A DNA stretch of 64,000 bases from Rickettsiales bacterium (lineage in GTDB: Bacteria > Pseudomonadota > Alphaproteobacteria > Rickettsiales > UBA998), in assembly GCA_024304995.1 (NCBI GenBank), contig JAMWZD010000002.1, forward strand, positions 647,740-711,739, in the 5' to 3' direction. Shown one piece after another: positions 1 to 9,348 of this stretch (position 1 is the first letter of the stretch; each line of letters begins with the position of its first letter). The notes under the pieces are model-generated. The model was not told the origin of the DNA and searched no databases. It worked only from the letters and a program-made list of their open reading frames with translations. The position numbers were made by a program, and so were the translations under genes.

Positions 1-516
1 TATCGCCCAATCTATGTGGAAATCGCTACACTGAATGTGGATGATACGCGCAAGCAATGGTCTGCCAATATGCTGGTGAAAGATGATAAAGACGTGATCA
101 CTGCCCGTCCCATTTCAGGGCGTTATGAAGCTCATATGAGTGTTCCCACGCTGAGAACACGCATTAAGCATGGCATGGTCATTAAAGAAGATGATATTGT
201 GATGGACACAGTTGCCAGCACCAAAGTGCGAGCAAACACAGTTACAGACCTGAATCAGATTATCGGCAAGACAGCAAAACGGTCTATTTCAGCGAATCGC
301 TCTGTGCGTATGGATGAGTTGGAAAGCCCGAAAATTCTGGAAATCGGTAATACGGTGACCATGAAATACGCCACGCCCTATATGCAGATTAATGCAGTAG
401 GGGAAGCGTTGGAAGAAGGTGGCATAGGCGATATTATACGCGTTCGCAACCATGACAGCAACAAAGTGGTACGCGCACGTGTGATTTCAAAAGATGAGGT
501 GGATGCAGGCATATGA
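1..516 (+). CDS. flgA: Flagellar basal-body P-ring formation protein FlgA, C-terminal part. The frame is open from nt 1, so the 5' end lies upstream of the window.
   Basis: No stop in frame 1 from nt 1. The C-terminal 'GDIIRVRNHDSNKVVRARVISKDEV' is FlgA/SAF-like. ATGA stop/start overlap with flgH. Confidence 0.6.
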   Translation, partial: YRPIYVEIATLNVDDTRKQWSANMLVKDDKDVITARPISGRYEAHMSVPTLRTRIKHGMVIKEDDIVMDTVASTKVRANTVTDLNQIIGKTAKRSISANRSVRMDELESPKILEIGNTVTMKYATPYMQINAVGEALEEGGIGDIIRVRNHDSNKVVRARVISKDEVDAGI

Positions 517-1262
517 AACAGATGATAAAATATTCAGTTCCATTACTGGCGCTCACGCTTGGCGCTTGCACCAACACGCTGGACAGGCTGGAAAATATTG
601 GTGAGAAGCCTGTTATGAGCAAAACAGAAAATCCACAGGCAAAAGAAGATTATCGCCCAATGACATGGCCATTGCCTGCGCCTGTGCCACCAAGCAAGCA
701 ATATTCCAACTCACTATGGCAGCCAGGTGCGCGTGCCTTTTTCCGTGATCAGCGCGCCTCCCGCGTGGGCGATATTCTGCGCGTGCGCGTGATGATCAAT
801 GACCGCGCTACCTTTGAAAATGAAACAGAGCGCAGACGTGACACACAGGAAAATATTAATGCACCGCGTTTATTCGGGTTAGAAAATCTCTATGACAATA
901 TTCTGCCAGGCTCACCTGATGGCGCACCATTAGCGCAGATTCAGGGGCGAAATGTCAATCGTGGCGAAGGCACAACAGAGCGCGAAGAACAGATTGAAAC
1001 CACCATTGCCGCCGCAGTGACGCAGGTGTTGCCAAACGGAAATTTTGTAATTCACGGCTCACAGGAAGTGCGTGTGAATTATGAATTGCGCCAGATTGCT
1101 GTTACAGGGATTGTACGCCCTGAAGATATTGATTCCAGCAATACTATTGAGTCATCACAAATTGCAGAAGCACGCATCATTTATGGTGGTGAAGGTCAGC
1201 TAAGTGATATTCAACAGCCGCGCTGGGGTTCACAGGTGATTGATATTATTTCGCCATTTTAA
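513..1262 (+). CDS. flgH: Flagellar L-ring lipoprotein FlgH
   Basis: Lipobox 'LTLGAC' after the signal peptide. Conserved FlgH core 'RASRVGDILRVRV...' and 'NGNFVIHGSQEVRVNYELRQIAVTGIVRPEDI'. Confidence 0.85.
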   Translation: MKQMIKYSVPLLALTLGACTNTLDRLENIGEKPVMSKTENPQAKEDYRPMTWPLPAPVPPSKQYSNSLWQPGARAFFRDQRASRVGDILRVRVMINDRATFENETERRRDTQENINAPRLFGLENLYDNILPGSPDGAPLAQIQGRNVNRGEGTTEREEQIETTIAAAVTQVLPNGNFVIHGSQEVRVNYELRQIAVTGIVRPEDIDSSNTIESSQIAEARIIYGGEGQLSDIQQPRWGSQVIDIISPF

Positions 1263-1282
1263 GCAATTACATGCGGCAATGC

Positions 1283-1310
1283 TTGACAGTAGCTGGCTTT
1301 TGCGTAGATT
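1283..1310 (+). promoter_or_regulatory. Sigma70-like promoter candidate for thrS
   Basis: TTGACA at 1283-1288, a 16-nt spacer, then TAGATT at 1305-1310, about 30 nt upstream of the thrS ATG. Confidence 0.3.
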
Positions 1311-1340
1311 AAAAACCTGTATTTATAATAAGGATTTTCA

Positions 1341-3308
1341 ATGAACGCACCTGCTCCATCGTCACAAAATATTGTTATTACTTTACCTAATGGTGATACG
1401 AAAAATTTTGACCATGCCGTTACAGGTTTCGAAGTGGCTGAGTCTATTGGTGCAGGGCTGGCGAAAGCAGCGCTCGCCATGAAAGTAGATGGCGTGCAGC
1501 GTGATTTGTCTGAGTTGCTTAATGACAACGCGACCGTACAGTTTCTCACTGTGAAAGATGCGGAAGGTTTGGACATTATGCGCCATACCATCACGGCGCA
1601 GATTCTGGCAAAAGCATTAAAAGAATTATATCCCTCTGCTAAATTAGCGATTGGTCCTACAATTGAGCATGGTTTTTATTATGATGTGGATCTGGAAGAA
1701 CGCATCAGCACAGATGACCTGCCAACCATTGAAGCAAAAATGAATGAACTGTTAGCACAGGAAACTACGGTGACGCGCGAAATGTGGGAACGTGATGCTG
1801 CAATAAAAATGTTCGAAAGCCGTGGTGAATCTTACAAAGCAGAATTGATACGCGGTGCTGCGGAAGATGACACGACCGAGAAAGGCAAAATCTCACTATA
1901 CCGTCAAGGGGAAGGTGATGATGCGTTTGTTGATTTGTGCCGCGGTCCTCACGTGCCGTTTACCAAACAGCTTTCTAAAGCGTTTAAACTGACTAAGGTT
2001 GCTGGGGCATATTGGCGCGGAGACAGCAAAAACAAAATGCTGCAGCGGATTTATGGCGTGGCATTTGCAGATGCTAAACAGCTTAAAGCGCATTTGACCA
2101 TGTTGGAAGAAGCGGAAAAGCGCGACCACCGCAAGCTGGGGCGTGAACTCGATCTGTTCCATATTCAGGAAGAAGCACAAGGGCAGGTATTCTGGCATGA
2201 TAAAGGCTGGACGCTCTATCGTTTGCTTGAGGATTATATCCGCACCAAAATTCGCAAAGATGGCTACACCGAAGTGAAAACGCCGATTCTGGTGGATAGA
2301 ACTTTGTGGGAGAAGTCAGGACATTGGGACAAATTCCGCGAGAATATGTTCACTGTGGAAGATGACAAAAGCGTACTGGCGATTAAGCCGATGAACTGCC
2401 CATGTCATGTGCAGATATTCAATCAGGGAATTAAATCTTACCGCGATTTGCCACTTCGCATGGCAGAATTTGGCTCATGCCATCGCAATGAGGCTACAGG
2501 CGCGTTGCATGGTTTAATGCGCGTGCGTGCGATGGTGCAGGATGACGCACATATTTTCTGCACCGAAGCGCAGATTACTGAGGAAACAGAGCGTTTCTGT
2601 AATTTATTGCAAGAGGTTTACGATGCGCTTGGCTTTACTGAAGTGGATGTGAAGCTGGCAACAAGACCAGACGTGCGAGCAGGAACAGATGAAACATGGG
2701 ACAAAGCAGAAAAAGCGCTTGCTGAAGCAGTGACAGCGGCAGGATTGGAATATTCCATAGAGCCGAATGAAGGCGCGTTTTACGGTCCTAAATTAGAGTT
2801 TCATTTGAAAGACTCTATTGGCAGAAGCTGGCAGTGTGGCACGTTGCAGTTGGATTTTGTGTTGCCTGAGCGGTTGGACGCAAATTACGTTGGTGAAGAT
2901 GGCGGAAAACACCGCCCCGTGATGCTTCACCGCGCTATTTTAGGATCATTGGAGCGTTTCATTGGTATTCTCATTGAAAGTTATGAAGGCAAATTCCCGC
3001 TTTGGTTGACACCGCAGCAAGTGGCGATTGTTACCATAAATCCAGCTCACGTTGCCTATGCACGTGAAATTCAGGGGATGTTGGAAGCATCTGGTATGCG
3101 CATCATCTGTGACGTGCGTGATGAGGTGATTAATCAGAAGGTTAAAGAACATTCACAAGCAAAAGTGCCTGTGATATTGGCAGTGGGAGATCGCGAGCGG
3201 GAGCAACGCACGGTGGCAATTCGTCGTTTAGGTTCAAAAAAGCAAACAGTGACCGCGTTGGACGAAGCAGTAGCTGCACTTATACAAGAAGCACAAGTGC
3301 CAGCATAA
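1341..3308 (+). CDS. thrS: Threonyl-tRNA synthetase
   Basis: Full-length 655 aa with TGS, editing, class II core and anticodon-binding regions. Motifs include 'FRDLPLRMAEFGSCHRNE' and 'HRAILGSLERFIGILIE'. Confidence 0.95.
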   Translation: MNAPAPSSQNIVITLPNGDTKNFDHAVTGFEVAESIGAGLAKAALAMKVDGVQRDLSELLNDNATVQFLTVKDAEGLDIMRHTITAQILAKALKELYPSAKLAIGPTIEHGFYYDVDLEERISTDDLPTIEAKMNELLAQETTVTREMWERDAAIKMFESRGESYKAELIRGAAEDDTTEKGKISLYRQGEGDDAFVDLCRGPHVPFTKQLSKAFKLTKVAGAYWRGDSKNKMLQRIYGVAFADAKQLKAHLTMLEEAEKRDHRKLGRELDLFHIQEEAQGQVFWHDKGWTLYRLLEDYIRTKIRKDGYTEVKTPILVDRTLWEKSGHWDKFRENMFTVEDDKSVLAIKPMNCPCHVQIFNQGIKSYRDLPLRMAEFGSCHRNEATGALHGLMRVRAMVQDDAHIFCTEAQITEETERFCNLLQEVYDALGFTEVDVKLATRPDVRAGTDETWDKAEKALAEAVTAAGLEYSIEPNEGAFYGPKLEFHLKDSIGRSWQCGTLQLDFVLPERLDANYVGEDGGKHRPVMLHRAILGSLERFIGILIESYEGKFPLWLTPQQVAIVTINPAHVAYAREIQGMLEASGMRIICDVRDEVINQKVKEHSQAKVPVILAVGDREREQRTVAIRRLGSKKQTVTALDEAVAALIQEAQVPA

Positions 3309-3331
3309 AGAATTACTGGATGAATATTTGT

Positions 3332-3365
3332 AGCCTTAATCTTTCTCGTTATAAAGATTAAGGCT
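3332..3365 (+). terminator. Hairpin after thrS (13-bp stem, no clear T-run)
   Basis: agccttaatcttt / aaagattaaggct inverted repeat with an 8-nt loop, 24 nt after the thrS stop. Confidence 0.35.
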
Positions 3366-3547
3366 GATATAGATTCAATGTTCCAATCTTAATCTTTTGA
3401 TATAGTTAACCTATTGTATATAATAACTAGTTAAAGAAAAAAGTAAATTTCTATTGCTTTTCAAAAATAATTGTGGATTAAAAGTATGTAATCAAAACGT
3501 TAATTTACGTGATGATTACCCATAAAAATTTTACTACGGAGAGTATT

Positions 3548-5896
3548 ATGGAACTAATACAAGGGCTTGGCGGTGACGCTGGTTTTGGCGAAAATATTTT
3601 AGACCGCAATGATGATGAATCTACAGATTTTATTGATCTATCAACCGTTTTTCCAAACGGGCTTAACTTTTTTGGTCAGGTGTATAACGGGCTATATGTC
3701 AATAATAACGGAAGCGTGACATTTAACGAGGCACTTTCCACATTCACACCAGAAACCATTTCTGATGGAACAATTCCAGGCATTTTCCCATTCTGGGCAG
3801 ATGTAGATACGGATGGTGGCGAAGCAACACCAACGCCAGGTGGCACATCTCAAGGGACAAATCTGGTTTATTATGACTTGGATGATACAAATAATATATT
3901 CACTGTCACGTGGGATGACGTTGGTTATTTCAGTGAGAACACAGATTTGTTGAATGCGTTCCAGCTGATTATTGCGGATTTATCGGACAATGCTGGTCGC
4001 GCGCCAGGGGACTTCTCAATCACATTTAAATATGAAGATATTAACTGGGTAACAGGTGATGCATCTGACGGTGAAGGCGGTTTTGGTGGCACGCCAGCGC
4101 GCGCGGGATATAGCGCAGGGAATGCGGAAGGCACATTTTACGAACTGCCACAATCAGGCAATGAAGCTGCATTGCTGGAGTTGGATACTCTGAGCGATTT
4201 TGTGTTTGTCTCATCCAATGGCATTGTGGTTGAAAATAACGCACCTGTTGCAAATGATGATTCAGGCACGGCTTATGAAACGGATGAAGACACAACGTTA
4301 CTGGCAGCACCGTCATTCCTCGGTAATGATACGGATGCAGATGGTGACTCACTTGAAATCGTAGCTATTAATGGTGGCACACCCAATTTTGCAATGGACA
4401 TCAATCTCCCGTCTGGCGCAATTCTCAATATCAATGAAGATGGTGATATTATTGGTTATAATCCGAATGGCGCATTTGAATCATTAAATGATGGCGAAAG
4501 CACGGTGGATGCATTTACTTATACTATTTCTGATGGTCAGGAAGAAGACACGGCAACGGTATCTATTACTGTGAATGGGGTGACGGACAATGTGAATACA
4601 CCACCTGTTGCCAGCGATGACGCGAACGAATTTTATGAAACAGATGAAGATACGCCTCTTTTAAATGCGCCTTCATTTCTAGATAATGACTTTGATGCGG
4701 ATGCAGATAATCTGGAAATTGTTGCGATTAACGGCAATACGCCCAATTTTGCAATGGACATTAACCTACCCTCTGGCGCAATTTTGAACATTGATGAAGA
4801 TGGTTTCATTATTGGCTATAATCCAAATGGCGCGTTTGAGTTTTTAAATGATGGTGAAAGCACGGTAGATGCATTTACTTACACCATCTCTGACGGTCAG
4901 GAAGAAGACACGGCAACCGTGTCTATTAAAGTTAATGGGGTGACAGATGAAACACCTCCGCCATCGGATGAAATTAACGGCACAGAAGGCATTGATTCGC
5001 TCAAAGGCACAAATATGAATGACATTATCAACGGTTTAGGCGGTGATGATGTGATTGTGGGTCGCTTCGGTATGGACACGATTGATGGCGGTGACGGGGA
5101 TGACTTTATCGCAGGTCAGGCATCTGCTGATGTGCTGACAGGTGGTGCTGGCAATGACGTGTTTGTGTATCGTCTGGTCAAAGATAGTTCTGTTCAGACA
5201 GGTGTGGACAAAATTGCAGACTTCACGCAAGGCGAAGACAAGATTGACATTGCGGCGCTGGGCGCTGTTGCACTGTCTGATCTGGATATTCAAACAGCTG
5301 GCGGCGAAACCAACATCATGTTTGGTGACTTTAAGTTATGCTTGAGCGGTGAATTTGCGCTGACTGCAGATGACTTCGTATTCGGTGAAGATTTGAGCAA
5401 TGTGCTAAATGGCACTGATGGATCTGATACCATTAAAGGCGGTAATGACGCTGAAGTGATCAATGGTCTTGCAGGGGATGATATTCTGCTTGGGCGCAAT
5501 GGCGATGATACCATTAATGGTGGTGATGGCAATGATCTGATTGCAGGGCAGTCTTTAAGCGATATGTTAATTGGTGGCGCAGGCGCTGATACGCTGATTG
5601 GTGGATCACAGTCAGACACCTTCCTGTATGAAGCAACGACAGACAGCCAGACTTCAACTGGAGCGGTGGATCTGATCACTGATTTTGTAGCAGGTCTGGA
5701 CAAGGTAGATGTCTCTGCTTTGGGCATTTTAGCGCTTACGAGCAATGCAACTGCAGCGTCAACGGAACTTCGCGTTGCATATGATGCTGTGGAAGATACG
5801 ACTTCCATCATCAGTGATGATGCAGATTTCTCGGTATTATTCAGTGGTGATTTGTCTGCTACGTTAAGCAACGCAGATTTTGTGTTTGCTGTTTAA
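3548..5896 (+). CDS. Secreted NIDO-domain / cadherin-like / RTX calcium-binding repeat protein, a likely type I secretion substrate
   Basis: GGAG lies 8 nt before the ATG at 3548. The N-terminus 'GLGGDAGFGEN...LYVNNNGSVTFNE...IFPFWADVD' is nidogen-like. There are two cadherin-like modules ending 'FTYTISDG...VNGVTD' and two blocks of GGxGxD nonapeptides. The C-terminus ends 'NADFVFAV'. Confidence 0.8.
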   Translation: MELIQGLGGDAGFGENILDRNDDESTDFIDLSTVFPNGLNFFGQVYNGLYVNNNGSVTFNEALSTFTPETISDGTIPGIFPFWADVDTDGGEATPTPGGTSQGTNLVYYDLDDTNNIFTVTWDDVGYFSENTDLLNAFQLIIADLSDNAGRAPGDFSITFKYEDINWVTGDASDGEGGFGGTPARAGYSAGNAEGTFYELPQSGNEAALLELDTLSDFVFVSSNGIVVENNAPVANDDSGTAYETDEDTTLLAAPSFLGNDTDADGDSLEIVAINGGTPNFAMDINLPSGAILNINEDGDIIGYNPNGAFESLNDGESTVDAFTYTISDGQEEDTATVSITVNGVTDNVNTPPVASDDANEFYETDEDTPLLNAPSFLDNDFDADADNLEIVAINGNTPNFAMDINLPSGAILNIDEDGFIIGYNPNGAFEFLNDGESTVDAFTYTISDGQEEDTATVSIKVNGVTDETPPPSDEINGTEGIDSLKGTNMNDIINGLGGDDVIVGRFGMDTIDGGDGDDFIAGQASADVLTGGAGNDVFVYRLVKDSSVQTGVDKIADFTQGEDKIDIAALGAVALSDLDIQTAGGETNIMFGDFKLCLSGEFALTADDFVFGEDLSNVLNGTDGSDTIKGGNDAEVINGLAGDDILLGRNGDDTINGGDGNDLIAGQSLSDMLIGGAGADTLIGGSQSDTFLYEATTDSQTSTGAVDLITDFVAGLDKVDVSALGILALTSNATAASTELRVAYDAVEDTTSIISDDADFSVLFSGDLSATLSNADFVFAV
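4241..4960 (+). repeat. Tandem duplication, 2 x 360 bp (two 120-aa cadherin-like modules)
   Basis: Unit 1 (4241-4600) and unit 2 (4601-4960) align colinearly by eye with high identity. Long identical runs include 'cccaattttgcaatggaca' and 'ggtcaggaagaagacacggcaac'. Confidence 0.85.
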
Positions 5897-5912
5897 ACAA
5901 TTGAGCAACCAA

Positions 5913-5946
5913 GAAAAAAGGGAAGCATGTGCTTCCCTTTTTTTTA
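5913..5946. terminator. Rho-independent, probably bidirectional, terminator
   Basis: A-run, then stem gggaagc/gcttccc with loop atgt, then a T9 run. It sits between convergent genes. Confidence 0.6.
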
Positions 5947-5989
5947 TGACAAAAATGTGTTTATCAGCAGCTAAAAATGACAGCAATCA

Positions 5990-6373
5990 TTAGCTCAGAG
6001 AAATTAGTGTATCTATAATATCTGCTGCTTTCAGATCAATATCCTTCATGATGGTATCTGCATCCACCATGTTGGAAAAACGTGCAGAAATAAACGCATC
6101 ACACCCATCACGGCTGCTCTCGGAACAGGTCAGTCCCAAAAAATAATCCAGATGGATGCTCAAAGCCATTGTCAGTTTTGATGCAGTATCTCCTGCCAGC
6201 TCTTCATTGCCGTAAGGCAGGTCGCAGCGCAATTCAGGGTAATGCAGTTTATTCACTTCAATTTCGCTTTGGCGCAGCAATGTGAAAATCTGAACAATGT
6301 AAGGCAAGGTTACATTTGACAGGTTAAAAATTTGTGCGGTGTAGCTGCTGTTAAAATGCTCATTTGTTGTCAT
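5990..6373 (-). CDS. Hypothetical protein (127 aa)
   Basis: The ORF is the only evidence; no motif recognised. Confidence 0.4.
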   Translation of the reverse strand: MTTNEHFNSSYTAQIFNLSNVTLPYIVQIFTLLRQSEIEVNKLHYPELRCDLPYGNEELAGDTASKLTMALSIHLDYFLGLTCSESSRDGCDAFISARFSNMVDADTIMKDIDLKAADIIDTLISLS

Positions 6374-6454
6374 GTTATGCTCGTAATTTATTGTCTGGTG
6401 TTTCGTATCGTGTCATTATGTTGTAACAAATGGCACTTAACAAAACGTAAAATC

Positions 6455-7138
6455 ATGCAACCTTATTTGAGATTTTCTCCAAACCATAATGAACGCCCTG
6501 CGGAACCCGTATCACTTCTGGTGTTGCACTATACGGGCATGAAGAGCGGGCAGGAAGCGCTGGAATGGATGTGTAATCCTGCCTCTGAAGTCTCCGCGCA
6601 TTATATGGTGGAAGAAAATGGTGAAATCGTGCAAATGGTGGAAGAAGACCGCCGTGCCTGGCACGCAGGGGTGAGCCACTGGGCAGGGCGTGATGGGCTG
6701 AATGATATTTCGATTGGCATTGAAATTGTCAATAAAGGGCATGAACATGGATATACCCCATTTCCTGACGTGCAGATGCAGGCAGTAAAACAACTAGCAC
6801 ATGACATTATGTTCCGCCATGAATTGCGTGCGAAGGATGTGGTGGCACATTCGGACATTGCGCCCACACGCAAGGAAGACCCAGGTGAATTATTTCCGTG
6901 GGCAGAATGTGCAGCAGAAGGCATTGGCATCTGGCACAATGATAATAGTGATGCGGGCAGGGGGCAGTCTTGTGCAGCAGATTTTGCTCAGCTGCAACAA
7001 TTCGGATATGGCGTGAATATGGAAGATGATGCGCAGAAAAAAGCAGTCATCACGGCTTTTCAGCGCAGATTCAGAGCTGAATTAATGAATGGACAGTGGG
7101 ACGAAGAATGTCAGCGGAAATTAGAGTTGATGCTGTGA
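6455..7138 (+). CDS. N-acetylmuramoyl-L-alanine amidase (AmpD-like, amidase_2 family)
   Basis: 'FSPNHNERP...LLVLHYTGM...SAHYMV...AWHAGVSHW...NDISIGIEIVN...HSDIAP.RKEDPGELFPW'. I prefer the internal ATG at 6455 over the 6332 ORF start. Confidence 0.8.
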   Translation: MQPYLRFSPNHNERPAEPVSLLVLHYTGMKSGQEALEWMCNPASEVSAHYMVEENGEIVQMVEEDRRAWHAGVSHWAGRDGLNDISIGIEIVNKGHEHGYTPFPDVQMQAVKQLAHDIMFRHELRAKDVVAHSDIAPTRKEDPGELFPWAECAAEGIGIWHNDNSDAGRGQSCAADFAQLQQFGYGVNMEDDAQKKAVITAFQRRFRAELMNGQWDEECQRKLELML

Positions 7139-8056
7139 AGTGATGTAGCGCATCATGCCCGTTTCTGAACAGAGCAGAAGCGAATCTGTTTCCGCATGAT
7201 TTTCGTTAATGCTGACACCTTTCACCAGCTTTCCGCATGTCACGCCAGTGGCGCAGAATAGCACATCACCCTGTGCCATTTCGGTTTCTGAATATATTTT
7301 GTCAGGGTTAGAAATGCCCATCGTTTCAGCGCGGGCGATCTGTTCGTCATTGGCGAATATCAGTTTGCCGAACATGCTGCCGCCTAAACAACGCAGCGCC
7401 GCTGCTGCAAGTACGCCTTCTGGCGCGCCGCCTGTGCCGATGACCATATCGACTGATGAAGAGGGCAAGGCAGCCTGAATAATCGCAGAAACGTCACCAT
7501 CCTGTATCAATGTGATTTTAGCGCCTGCCTTTCGTGTGTCTTCAATAATTTGTGCATGGCGTTCACGCTGCAACACAACCAGATGCACATCTTTCGCCGT
7601 GCCATCTTTCGCTTTGGCGACATTATTGATATTTTCGGTTACGCTGGCTTCGAATGAAATGGCGCTGGCAGGAATATGCCCGCCTACTGCGATTTTTTCC
7701 ATATAGACATCTGGCGCGTGTAGCAATTTTCCTTTTTTTGCAAAAGCAATCACGGTCAGCGCATCATACGCATTATGCGCACATAAAGTTGTGCCTTCCA
7801 GCGGGTCTAACGCGATGTCAATTTCCAGCCCTTGCCCTGTGCCGACTTCTTCACCAATATAGAGCATAGGCGCTTTGTCACGCTCGCCTTCACCAATCAC
7901 AATGCGACCCTGAATTAATGTGTCATTTAGCGCATTGCGCATCGCGTCCACCGCGGCAGCGTCAGCAGCTTTTTCATCCCCGCGACCTATCCAGTGATAG
8001 CTTGCAAGTGCAGCTTGTTCAGCACAGCGGAGAATGTCAAAGCTGAGATGTTTCAT
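7121..8056 (-). CDS. glpX: Fructose-1,6-bisphosphatase class II
   Basis: Full-length GlpX-like sequence ('AALASYHWIGRGDEKAADAAAVDAMR', 'DPLEGTTLCA', 'IGTGGAPEGVLAAAALRCLGG'). Confidence 0.9.
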   Translation of the reverse strand: MKHLSFDILRCAEQAALASYHWIGRGDEKAADAAAVDAMRNALNDTLIQGRIVIGEGERDKAPMLYIGEEVGTGQGLEIDIALDPLEGTTLCAHNAYDALTVIAFAKKGKLLHAPDVYMEKIAVGGHIPASAISFEASVTENINNVAKAKDGTAKDVHLVVLQRERHAQIIEDTRKAGAKITLIQDGDVSAIIQAALPSSSVDMVIGTGGAPEGVLAAAALRCLGGSMFGKLIFANDEQIARAETMGISNPDKIYSETEMAQGDVLFCATGVTCGKLVKGVSINENHAETDSLLLCSETGMMRYITSQHQL

Positions 8057-9348
8057 GACGCTATCCGAATGAAACGTGGTGGTTCAGCGCAATAACTATC
8101 CTGTTTGATCAGGTCGAGTGCGTGATTCATATTATCCTCGCGTGCCTGATGGGTGGTAATAGTAATGTTGGCATTGCCTTTGGCATCATGTGTATGCTGC
8201 AATAATGAGGCGACAGAGATATTATGGTCAGCAAAGATTTTAGTAATCTTTGCCAGAACCCCTGCTTCATCTGCTACACACAGACGAATATAGTATGCCG
8301 CCTGATGGGTTTTGATTAGAACAATGGCAGGAAGTTTCAACTGTGAGACAGGCTGCGTCAGTGCTTCGGATACATCACCACGCGCCACATCCAGCACGTC
8401 AGACATGACCGCAGATGCTGTGGCTTCCCGTCCTGCGCCAGGGCCTTTCACAAAAAGTTCGCCAATGGCATCCCCCATGATATGCACGGCATTATCCACG
8501 CCATTCACCCCTGCGATCACATGGTCAAATGGCAGTAATGCGGGATAAACATAAAGCTCTATACCTTCTTCCGTATTGCTGGTCACGCCGATGAGGCGAA
8601 TTACATAACCCAGCTCACTTGCGGCTTCAATATCCTGCGCAGTGATGTGGCGGATGCCTTCTGCGTATACATGTTTAATATCAGGCAATGTGCCATAAGC
8701 AAGCGCAGAAATGATGCAGATTTTGTGGGATGCGTCGATACCGTCCACATCAAAAGCGGGGTCTGCTTCAGCATATCCCAAATCCTGCGCTTCTTTCAAC
8801 ACATCATCAAATGAACGCCCGCTCATTTCCATAGTGCTGAGAATATAATTACACGTGCCGTTTAAAATGGCAGTGATCGTGCCATATGCATTGGCACAAA
8901 GTGCCTGTTTGATGATTTTGATGACAGGAATGCCGCCCGCCACCGCCGCTTCAAACAAAAGCTGCGTGTTATGTTTTGCAGCAAGCGTTGCCAGTTCTGC
9001 ACCATGATGCGCAATGAGTGCTTTGTTGGCGGTGACCACATGTTTGCTATGTTGCAGAGCTGTTTTGCACAGATCGTAGGCAATGCCATCAGACCCGCCG
9101 ATCAATTCCAGCACCATATCCACATCATCTCGCGTGGCGAGGGTCAATGCATCATCTTCCCAATCATACGCAGACAAATCCACATTCCGATTCACATTTT
9201 TGTTTCTGGCAGAAACGGCAGAAATGCTGATGTTGCAACCTGTGCGGCTTTCCAGCATGGTAGCGTGATTATGAATAATATCAATCACGCCGCACCCCAC
9301 CGTTCCCAGTCCTGCAATGCCTAATCGTAATGTTTTTTTGTCTGTCAT
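8053..9348 (-). CDS. hom: Homoserine dehydrogenase
   Basis: N-terminal 'LRLGIAGLGTVGCGV' Rossmann motif, catalytic core, and a C-terminal ACT-like region. ATGA overlap with glpX. Confidence 0.9.
   Translation of the reverse strand: MTDKKTLRLGIAGLGTVGCGVIDIIHNHATMLESRTGCNISISAVSARNKNVNRNVDLSAYDWEDDALTLATRDDVDMVLELIGGSDGIAYDLCKTALQHSKHVVTANKALIAHHGAELATLAAKHNTQLLFEAAVAGGIPVIKIIKQALCANAYGTITAILNGTCNYILSTMEMSGRSFDDVLKEAQDLGYAEADPAFDVDGIDASHKICIISALAYGTLPDIKHVYAEGIRHITAQDIEAASELGYVIRLIGVTSNTEEGIELYVYPALLPFDHVIAGVNGVDNAVHIMGDAIGELFVKGPGAGREATASAVMSDVLDVARGDVSEALTQPVSQLKLPAIVLIKTHQAAYYIRLCVADEAGVLAKITKIFADHNISVASLLQHTHDAKGNANITITTHQAREDNMNHALDLIKQDSYCAEPPRFIRIAS

Noticed and set aside
5290-5871. 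193-aa ORF antisense to the RTX repeats. The same applies to 34806-35369 and 31555-32252 opposite the giant gene.
   Set aside because: The repetitive GGxGxD and cadherin coding DNA generates long stop-free antisense frames. The sense frames have clear domain signatures.
7121-7138. 18-nt convergent overlap of the ampD-like and glpX 3' ends, and the similar 15-nt overlap at 52110-52124
   Set aside because: Short convergent overlaps are common in compact genomes, and there is no evidence of special function.
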